A stretch of DNA of 64,000 bases from Orbicella franksi (Eukaryota). The notes under the pieces were generated by a model. The model worked only from the letters and a program-made list of their open reading frames with translations, made no database searches and had not been told where the DNA came from. How positions within the stretch are numbered: the stretch's first letter is position 1; every line of letters starts with the position of its first letter. This document shows, piece by piece, positions 10,771 to 20,573 of the stretch. The stretch covers positions 7,192,001-7,256,000 of the forward strand of contig OZ116701.1 of NCBI GenBank assembly GCA_964199315.1. Reading direction: 5' to 3'. Made by a program: the position numbers and the translations under genes.

Positions 10771-11394
10771 GTTACCCTTGCTCTAATTTTAACTCTCGAA
10801 ACTAGCCCCAAAACTAAAATGTAATATTAAATCTCCTCCTTTTACGTTTTGAAGACACCTTGTGCATTAAAATTTGAAAACTGCGTTGTGTTGTATACTT
10901 TATTTACCTCGTGATAGAGGAATCCCAGAAAAAGAGCTAAATATCCTTTTGTTTTCCTTTCCTTTTTGAAATATTGTGGAATTTTATATTTATTACGCAG
11001 TAACTCAGTGGGGGCAGTATGGCAATCACGTGATAGATTACAAGAGAGCTTTGTTTTACTTAAAGATGTATGGTAAATTTGTTATAAAGAAATTTCTCTG
11101 CCATTTGTTCTGTTAGAGACTACTGACCTAGTGGCCTTATAAACGCTGTAGGTCCCGCCTTAACCCATTTCTAGCATTAACAGATTTCTGTTACGGTCTT
11201 TTAGAATGTCGTCATATTGTTTCCAGCTGACGAAAACGTTGAGCCACGCTTTCGATCAGGAACCAGCATGTCGCTTACTCGTAGTATCTTACTCAATATT
11301 CCAACCTCAATAGTCCTTCGTCCTACGGACTTCGCACTTAAAAGGGGTGTTTCTGTACTGACCTTGCTACTTATCGGGTAGTTGAAAAATTCAA

Positions 11395-12045
11395 CCGGAT
11401 TTCACCTTTTCTTGACGAAGGCTGAAGCAAAGCCTGCGAACAAGTGATTTGGCTTTGAATTCCCCATTTAATGCCAGAAGTTCCAAGCCAAATTATCCGC
11501 TCGCTAGGACGACCATCCAATGTGACCATTAGACACATGTCAATCGACGCTTAGTGGGAAGAAGAGAGAGTGTCTTTGCTGTGTGCTTTCTACAGACGGT
11601 AGATGACAGATTGAGCCAGATTCACCGTTTATTGGTGGAAGGAGAGCTATAGCCAGTGACCAGGAATTCTGGTTTGGAATTTCACGTTTCATGCGAGAAA
11701 TTCCAAAACAGAGGGTTTGCTTAACATGCAGGACCATCAACATGATCTGACAATTACACTTACATCATTTGACACATTTAAGAAAGGAATTCTGGTTTGC
11801 AATTTCACTTTTCATTTTAAAAAAAACTCCAAATCTGAGAGTCTCTTTAGCAGAACCTCAACACGGTGTGACCGTTACACCGTGACTTTAATCATTTGCC
11901 ACACGAAGTTCAACACATTAGGAAAATGGGAGGGTGTTTTTGCAATGTACTTTTCACTGGCGGGCTGACAAATTGAACCAGATTTCATTGCTCGTTGACG
12001 AAACGAGAACCAAAGCTTGCGAGCAAGTGATTTGGTTAGGAATTA
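11395..12045 (-). repeat. Inverted cluster of the same palindromic-core repeat found at 3950-8465
   Basis: GGAATTCTGGTTTGGAATTTCACGTTTCATGCGAGAAATTCCAAAA at ~11664-11709 is the reverse complement of the array unit; further degenerate copies near 11455, 11790 and 12030. Confidence 0.75.
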
Positions 12046-13130
12046 AATCTTATTACTGACGCCCATATCATTTTAAAAACGGGGTAAACAGACAATGGGT
12101 GCTTGTGGGGAAAACGAAGGGAGGGTCTGATTACAGGCTAACAGCACAATCATAATAGTTAGCTCCAACAAGAAGTGCATGTTGTTAAAGAAGAGACGGA
12201 GGAAACCTTAACCTTGGATAATATCGAGACCGCTTGTTTCCAGAGCTAAGTACCAAAAATGAGATGATCGGTTTAAAAAGAAAGAACCTGACGCTGACAA
12301 GTGTTTTGTTTGGAACTCACCACTTTCAGATGTCGGATCAGAAAGCGTCCCACTCGTGTCAATACTTTTTACCTGTATGCAAACATTTTGACCAACTTCT
12401 GATCGTTCCAGGTATGGAATGGATGTCAGAATTGTTCCAGGCATGTTTTGCAAAATTTACTTCCAGCTACCGCAAAATGTAACGTGAACCGTTTTATTTG
12501 TTATTTTTTTAGTTTATTTTTATTCATTTTATTTTTTTATTTTTTATTTATTTTTTAATTTTAAACAGGTTGTCTGTATAGTTAACAAGTAGAAAGTGTT
12601 TTCATGGCATTTAAAGTTATAGCCCATGGAAAAAATATGGCTATATTTTAGTGCTATAATTCGCTTGCAACACATTGTCAAATTTTCAGTGTCATTTCGA
12701 TCCCGGGTCGTTTCGGGCTCAAAACTGACTTCGAGTTTTTTTTGTTCTTCGTTCGGTGTTACCATGAAGACCTGAGCGGATTATAAATATCGTTGAAAGA
12801 TTCTCAAGTAGCTGTTGTATTGTGTGCGATGCGATCAAACATTCAGAAAATTCAGCATAAGCAAAGGAGATTTTGAGCCTAATCGGGGCGAGATCATTTT
12901 TTTGCAAAAATTCTACCAAAGGAAGCTGCATTAGCAAAAACTAACTATGGCCCATTTGTATTCTTATCCTATCTATGGACGAAATACCAGTGAAATGGAT
13001 TTTTTCGACTTGTGCCACCGGAAGTCGATTTTGGTCGATTCTTATAGACAGTCACTCTTAAATTTTCTTAGAAGTTCTAAAACGTCTGCTACCGTGAACG
13101 GTCTCGCTATCGACCAATGCAGGGCGGTTT

Positions 13131-13161
13131 TTTGTTGTTGCTGTTGTTGTTGTTGTTGTTG
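13131..13161. repeat. (TTG)n microsatellite
   Basis: Trinucleotide run. Confidence 0.95.
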
Positions 13162-14952
13162 CAAGTTGCATGTGTAACTATTTTATTTCTCCAGAGTTTC
13201 TATAGTTGTAAGCAAGTACAATTTCGATATTTCAGGGAAAATCAAATCTTACATTTCTCGAAATTTAAATAGGAAGGCATTACAGAAGCCATAAGAAAAG
13301 TACCTCCATTGCAAAATATTATGCATCTTGAATTCATTACTAAACATGCGAGAAGACCCGCAAGGAAAGGTGAAATGCAAGTGTACTGTATAAACGTTCA
13401 AGAAAACACCCAAAAACGTGGGTATGGAGTTTATAGGGTAAAACAGAGTAATGATTTCCCGGGTAATGGTAAAGGCCGGGCTATCGCTAAACCATATACA
13501 ACCAATTGTATACATCAAAATTGGCTTAAAATGGAGCGCTTTTTTTGTTTTCTTCTACTTTTCAGAACAGCAATATATGGTTCAGAATATGGCATTCTGT
13601 GAAAGGAGTATCTGCATATTAAGAAGGAGTAGCGTGTGGGGTCTCGGTAGTTGAATCACCCAGACGAAAAACAAATGAGTTGTGACTGGTACAGCGTACA
13701 TTGGCTTGGAAAACGAGGAAACCACAAAATTGAAATGCATAACTCGCAAACTTTATTTCCTCTAAGACTATAATTTCCAGGGTGATGCTTTAGACTTTGG
13801 CTGTTAAATTGATTTTTTTTTTTCGTGTAATTTATAATTCTTATTTCTTATCCTTGTCACGTAGCCACTTGTTAAGCCATCATGCTGAATAAAAAAGATA
13901 ATAAAATGCAATCTAAAATATGATTTCCGGGAACTTTTCAATTTGGCTCCAACTACGTCACATAAACTCGTCAGGAGAGAGGGTGTGCCACCAAAATATA
14001 GACTTAAAAATATCGTAAATATAATCACTTTTTGTTTACAACGCATTTTTTTTTCTTCCTGAAGAGCTCTTTAGGCGGAATTTTATCGCAAATAAAATAG
14101 AAGTAAGGAAATCGAATCATTCAGTTAATCTGATAATTTGAATCTAGCTCCTTTACCTTATCGTATAAAATTCACAGCTGTGCAAATTGAACCACAGAAG
14201 AGCTAGCAGTGTAGACTTTTTTTTGTTTTTCAATTTAGTTTAAAATACAAGAACAGTACCGATTCAGTTGAGTCTCTCTCAATGTCAAATTTTTGTATTT
14301 TTTTTTTTAGTTTTCTAAGGAATAATAAAATAAATTCTCGCAAAATCTTGGAAGAAGCTGATAACATGTGAATGTCTTTGCAGTGCTTTAAAATGGCTAA
14401 TTTTCAATTGGAATTTACTGTATCAGGCCTTGAAGATAATTTTCTTTCTTTTTGTGCGAAAAATAAACTTAGTTGGCAAATGAACCACGGAGTGATCTAC
14501 AACCCCCTATGGATAACTAATCTTTCAAATTTCTACCGCATGGCCAATTTTGTTTGATTCTTACTGGAGGGTCTCAATGGGTGGGTCCCTTTGAAAATAA
14601 TCCGTTTTGACGGTTGACGATTAAATTTTAGGTCATTTGATGATTGATCAACCTTATTAAGATTCTCCTACAGACACTAAAGTGTATATTTAATCACAAC
14701 ACCAGTCTAATGCATGCTTACCATAATTTTACCCAGTTTCTAATGTAGATAGCGTCCAGTGAACACCACAGGCTGTGGTAATTGGCTCTAATACAGGAAT
14801 GCTATTTCACTCCTCTGTAAATGAAAGGTATGCTGCAGCATCGGCCACTCGTTGTCTTTACCAAACATTTAGCTGTTGTGGGGATCATTGTGGTAGGCGT
14901 TTCTATTCCACAGAAGAAAGCAACAATAAAAAAAGGTAACTCAACAATCTGC

Positions 14953-15386
14953 ATACATGCATACATACGTACATTACTTTATTTACCCTCGGATTTCAGA
15001 GTAGCTTATGCAGTGTGCCATTCTTAAGAGTGTGTCCATGAAAGAACCATGCCGGGGTTTACGCAGCTAATATCTCCGAGCATTTAGCCATCAGATAAGA
15101 GATAGACCATCATAGCGGGAACTACGTCCCTTACTCTTTTAGATCAGTGTGTAGGTTCTTTTCCGTCCCACAGAATTAATTATGAGGAGTTGTGAGATGG
15201 GGCCTACGGTTTATCGTCCTTATCCGAGAAGACTAGAAAGTCTAACCATTTGCAGATTTCATTACAAAGGCAGCACTTTCTCCTCAATTATTTAAAGACC
15301 CCGAGTGTTGGTCCGGCCGGGGTTTGAACCCGCGACCTCCCGCACGCTAGTCCAGTGCTCTACCACTGAGCTAACCGGTCGGCGGT
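14953..15386 (-). mobile_element. Full-length tRNA-derived SINE
   Basis: Minus-strand head ACCGCCGACCGGTTAGCTCAGTGGTAGAGC (box A) ... GGGTTCAAACC (box B), non-tRNA body, 3' end GAAATCCGAGGGTAAATAAAG plus a (GTAT)n tail. Confidence 0.88.
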
Positions 15387-17417
15387 TAAACCGTTAAACT
15401 GCAAACCGTCTTTAGAAAGAAGCGGCCTGGTAATATTATCGTTAACTATTACTTGTCTCTTAAAAAAAATACCGAGATGCAAATTGCTTTCACGAGGAAA
15501 TGTTAAATTACACTGTAGTGGTAAATCGTACAAAAAGTGTGCCATTCTTAAGAGTATGTCCATGAAAGAACCATGCCGAGGGTTACGCAGCTCAAATCAT
15601 CGAATTCACTCAAACTTGGCACAAACGTTGGGTATTGATGATTGAAGGACTATGGCATATTAGGTCAAATCTTTTAATCCCCCAAGTTAGGGAGAACCCC
15701 CGCAAAAAAATGCCCATTTAATTAGTTTCCTTTGGTTTTGTATTTCTACGACGAGAAAGGCCTTGTGAAAACTAAATTCAGTTGGTCATGATCGACAATT
15801 ATCACTCTCAAAGGGAAATACATCAATAAAACTTGGCGAATTGATTTATCTTCGTGGCTCCGTCGAAGGTCAGGTGCATATTTCGCAGTGTTGTGCATCG
15901 CCTTGAACTGAGGGCAAATATCTGTAGTCAGTAACAGCATAACACATTATTCTAACCTTGACATTTCTTCTGTGCTCGCGCACTATTTACGATCGATTTT
16001 AGGACATTACCTTTTACGGCCATTTCGTAAAACATGCACTGAAACACAAAAGCCGTTTTTTCGTCTCAACGTACCCGCTCGAAATCGGCAAGAACTATTT
16101 AGCTAAGAATTTTCCTATCGATTACTAGTAAAAATTCGGCCAAAAGAAGCACTTGAGACATTTAATTCTTGAAGTGTTTTCTCATTTCTCAAATTGAAAT
16201 TTTCAGGCCTGTCTTGTGTTGCATTATCATGATGCAAGCACCAGCAGTAGATTCAACTCGCAAGTTCCCTCAACTTATGCTTTCAGGTCCAAAATACAGA
16301 ATAGAACAATTAAGCATATTACTTTTAGAGCAGAGAGCTACTATGGTCCAGTAAGCTTCAACAAAATATCCGGCCAATTAAAGAGCGGAAAAAAGTGTGC
16401 AGTAAAGCAGAAGTTCAGAAATTTTTGCCTTTTTTACAGAGAACGCAAATTTATTGCGAAGTTACTGAATCTTTTTGGGTTTTCTTAGAACATATTTGTG
16501 AAACTTTGGAGGATCCTCGGATGTCTTCGGATGTCCTAAGTATTCAGAATTTCGTCTTCTAAAAAAAAATGATAACTTCAACCTAAACGATTCAGTTAGT
16601 TCAGTTGACTGTGCTGATTGTGTATTAGCACCGTGTTGTTGTCAAGAGGAGCAAGTTTATTATAAACCAGTGGTTTTTATTTGGATAAAGAGAAAGTTCT
16701 GTCAGCTGGCTAAAATTAACTTTTTAGGATCTTTAGGGAGATGCGGTTTGATAGAAGCATCGCGTCACATCCACGTCTACTGTTTGCATTACCGCCAAAT
16801 TTGCTTCATTGAAAAAAACTGATCACTAAATAATAGAAAAAAATAGAGGTTCAGATAAATTAACTCATTATGTGGTTACCCCTGGTGATCGAGTCCAGTT
16901 TTGGACCAAGAAAGGGACGTTATCCGTGCAGGTTACATACCAGAATTAAGCCGGTATAAGATCCTAATTATTTACATGCTAACTTACAAGCATGGTATTT
17001 TGTCACAAACGTTTTAGTATACTATTTCAAGTCGTAATTCAGTTCAAAAAATTAAAAGTAAAAGAGGTTGGTGCGCAGAGCTTTTGTGCGGCACATGTCA
17101 GGTAATTTGAGTACTGCAGCAATTTAACACTCGCCTAGTTGTAGATAACGTAGGAACTCCACTTCTTACGATACTTGATTTAAATTTCTATATAATCCCA
17201 AAATTGTAATGATAATGTTTGAGTGATGCCGGTAAGGATAATTAACTCTTGAATAGAACTAATTAAATTATGTTTAGAGCTTATGTTCAGCTGGTTGTTT
17301 TCCAGTTACGAGTGAAAACTCAAGGAAATTGAAGACAGGTTATCTCTATATAATATATATAGAGAAATGTGAAAGAAAAAAAAAAGATTAAATGTTACTT
17401 ATGTAATTTCTTTTGCA

Positions 17418-17456
17418 CTAGACAATGATGACATGAAGTCGTCGAAACATCATGTA
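17418..17456 (+). mobile_element. Degenerate hammerhead/Penelope-like terminal remnant
   Basis: CTAGACAA (mutated CTGANGA) T GATGAC-atgaa-GTCGTC GAAAC ATCAT GTA. Stem II and GAAAC are intact; the core and stem I are broken. Confidence 0.4.
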
Positions 17457-17651
17457 ACCTTCTTATCCGTTATATTCATTTTACAATGTTTTTCTAAATC
17501 GATCCTTATTAGATGCTTAGTTAACAAGTTTTTTTTTTGTTCGAATTAATTCATAGACACAACCCTATTAATAATAAAACGACATTTGAGGTTTATTAGT
17601 ATTTACAGGAAGTTTAGACAAAGTAGTGACATTGAGGCCATTCTGCTAATC

Positions 17652-18016
17652 ATGAATGTACTCGTCCTTGTCAGCGAGTACTTTTATCTGTTTCTCGTGA
17701 TACCTTCTGCGACGCCACTCACTTGGCCAGTCTTCAACGGGACCCGAACGAACAGTGCAGATACGCACAATTCATAAAACATTTTTATCATGTTCTTTCT
17801 GGACTTTGCAAAAATTGAAGGAGTCGCCGTTCAAACGGAAATACAATGCCTGTTGCGATGCGTAAAGAACGATCGGTGCTTTTCCGCAAACATTGGAGCT
17901 TTTCATCCACCAAACGGAAATATATGATTACATCGTGTGACTTACTTCCAACTGACAAATACAGTGCATCTGAGACGTTCAAAGCGAATTATACTTTCAA
18001 TCACTACAGTATTACG
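17652..18016 (+). pseudogene. Frameshifted exon of a secreted PAN/apple-like domain protein
   Basis: Pieces across three frameshifts: MNVLVLVSEYFYLFLVIPSATPLTWP / QRDPNEQCRYAQFIKHFYHVL / VAVQTEIQCLLRCVKNDRCFSANIGAFHPPNGNI / SCDLLPTDKYSASETFKANYTFNHYSIT, ending at a GTAAGT donor (18017). Lesions near 17730, ~17797 and an 8-bp insertion at 17925-17932. The C-x3-C-x5-C-x-S-x-N spacing is PAN-like. Confidence 0.7.
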
Positions 18017-18841
18017 GTAAGTACTAATTACGTCTATAGTACTGAAATTTGCTTTGAATCCAAATTTTGGCAGGGGTCGCACTTACGGGTTCGATGTTTA
18101 CATTGGACATAAATTCTGTCATCGCATGTTCGCGACATGTGCCACCCTTATGTCGTGACCAGACATAACTTTCAATTTCTGAAGTTTGCCAGTTCTATCT
18201 TAATTTCAACCTGTGAATTTTAATCTTAGCTCTTTATTTTTAATTTTGGTAACTCCATGGTGTTGATTAAAATTCGCTATCTTAATTAAAGTACTTTCCG
18301 CTCGTATTGTATGTTGCATTGTTCTAATTGTAAACACTTAATGTGTAAATGGTGATATATAAGAGAGTGCATTTGTAAAGCTTTTCGATCACACTGTATG
18401 ACGAAGATTATTATTGACGAGTGCGGAATAAACTGCCTTTGGACCAAGTTATGTCTCCTCCTTGGCGTCCGTAGTGAAGACCATTGAAGTAGATCCTCGT
18501 GTACCAGGAAATCGTGACGAGTTTCTGTTCCCGCAGGCAAAGCAGTGCTCTCCAGAGCATTGTAGATTCCACAAGTTTCAGTCGAAGTGTCACGGTTCAT
18601 TCAGAAATTTACAGTCGCAAGGGAAAAACCTATCGTCGTGTATCTGTATGTCGTGTTTAAAATTTCTTTCGCGCTCGACAATAATGATAACATGAGGTTC
18701 GTCATCGGAATGTCATAGAACGTTCGTATCGTCTTGTGATTTCAAGTAAACATCAAGTTTCCAAAGTATAATCTATACTGGCACTACCTTTTTTTAATTG
18801 GAAATTGTCACTAGCTCCTTTCCATGGCTACTTCTCACTGT

Positions 18842-18880
18842 ACAACTGACGATGGATGTCTCATCCGAAACATGTATTGT
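18842..18880 (+). ncRNA. Second minimal type I hammerhead ribozyme (Penelope-like terminal repeat)
   Basis: ACAA (stem I) CTGACGA T GGATG-tct-CATCC (stem II) GAAA, palindromic ACATGT (stem III), GTA cleavage triplet, TTGT (stem I'); ATTAAA downstream. Confidence 0.68.
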
Positions 18881-18930
18881 CTTCATTAAAAAATGAACTT
18901 CAAAAACATCGTGTGGTTCATCAAAGCGAC

Positions 18931-18937
18931 ATTATTA

Positions 18938-18975
<38 letters not shown>
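18931..18975. repeat. (ATT)n microsatellite
   Basis: Trinucleotide run. Confidence 0.97.
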
Positions 18976-18976
<1 letters not shown>

Positions 18977-19318
18977 AACATGATTCCATTTTGAAAAGCA
19001 ATTGGTAATAAAGTAACAGCACAACGTAGGAAAATTGTTCATCCTATGTTGGCATTGCTTATTTTTTCTCAACAATTCGTGGGCGTTCATTGAATAGCTG
19101 CAAGTCCACAGTTGAGTTGTAAAATATGTCATATTTCTCATTCTAATAATCTCGACTCGATCAGTTTTTGCACTTTCTTGACGGAATTTTTGCTGGCGAT
19201 CCTGAGCAAGACAACAGCCATACAGGAGATTTTCCGCCCTCGGTAGCTTTTGTACGGACCTCGCTGCGCTCGGTTCTTTCTACCACGACCTAGGGAGAAT
19301 ATTCCCTAGTACGGGAAA

Positions 19319-19484
19319 CAGAGGCGGATCCAGGATCTTTCTTAGGAAGGGGTGCACCATTAAGGAATGGGGTAACTGACTGGTGAGGTAAACAATTTTT
19401 AAAAGCGAATACGAAGAAGGCTTCGTCTCATGGCGGGGGGGAAGGGGTGCGCACCCCCTGCACCCTACCCCTAGATCGTCCCTG
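19319..19484. mobile_element. GC-rich MITE (CAGAGGCGGATCCAGG ... CCTAGATCGTCCCTG)
   Basis: Imperfect terminal inverted repeats; inserted into another palindromic repeat (GTACGGACCTCGCTGCGCTCGG family). TSD not clear. Confidence 0.65.
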
Positions 19485-19708
19485 GGGAACAGTACAACGC
19501 GTACTGGCCAATATTCCCCAATACGCGCTGAGCCCAACTATTTGAACGCCCGAAGCAGGCTACCGTCTCTAATAGTGTGTTGTTTAGCAATTCATTAGCA
19601 GGGTTCGCTGGCGACGTTGTTCTGCCATGTGTGAAGGAAACCCCTGATATCATGAGAGCGGCGGTGTCACGTGTGATTTGTTATCACTAATGGAAGTGTC
19701 TCATCGCC

Positions 19709-19922
19709 CTGGGCCGGCTTGTTCGAAAGCCGGTTAACTCTGACGCAGAATTAAAATTTAACCGCAGTGTTGATTTTTCTTGAATAAAATTGCTTTTGAG
19801 CGCTTATGTTTTGCGTATTATGAGATTACACAAGCTCAAAACTGATGGACAAGCAGTATAAACAGAAAAGCTCACCGAAAAGCCTGGGTTTGCTTAATCG
19901 AGCTTCGAACAACTCGGCCCAG
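19709..19922. mobile_element. MITE with CTGGGCCGG-TTGTTCGAA termini; related copies at ~21050-21282 and ~24110-24148
   Basis: CTGGGCCGGCTTGTTCGAAAG ... CTTCGAACAACTCGGCCCAG; the related copies share the TTCGAACAACCCGACCCTG end. Confidence 0.65.
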
Positions 19923-20573
19923 ATGTATTTCCCTGGCTGTATCCTCTCTTTAAGCACGAAATATATGGCACTAGGGGGTAGTCTAAATAACGCTCCTGTT
20001 AACTTTTAAAAATAGCGTCTGGATAGCTAGTTAGCCTAAATATTACTGACTCGACAGTTGTTAGCTCTCGATCATTGTAAGGGTTAAGTTAACCCTTACA
20101 AACACTCCTATCCCACATCGAATCTTACCCTTAGTGCCATTTTGTCAGTTTGTGTTCTTTTAAACACCCCTCTCCCACCACTCCAATATTGAAAATGAGG
20201 TTATGAAGGCCTTAATTCTAACTCAGCTCACTTCTAGTTTTTTAATGAAGGAAAACCGCTCGGAGATTAATCTTCAGACTACAAATTTCCTTTTTCTTCA
20301 CGCTGTGACAGTGTGAGTGCAAGCAAAACTTACGCAAATTAAGTCACGCACGAAACAGACAGGGCGATCAAACACTGACACGAGCGTGTGATCACAGAGC
20401 AAACTTCCGGGTAAACTTGGACTAAGTTCATTGGACGAGGGCCGCAAGCAAGAAAATTATCGGGTTTGTAGACAATAGCTCCTTAGACATAAACAGGGGC
20501 AAAACTATGAGTCACAAGAAAGACTTCACACAATTCACTTGTGGAGCAAAACGTTATTCTACAAAACGCCAAA

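Noticed and set aside
12208-12453. Minus-strand ORF with an FN3-like ending (CIQVKSIDTSGTLSDPTSES) and a GTGAGT donor
   Set aside because: Similarity too weak and no partner exons found; may be decayed transposon or gene debris.
15311-15386. tRNA gene
   Set aside because: Has A and B boxes but no proper acceptor stem, and continues into a SINE body and tail.
18286-18695. Overlapping ORFs on both strands and a possible degraded EGF exon after the PAN-like pseudogene
   Set aside because: Cys spacing could not be reconstructed convincingly and no domain was recognised.
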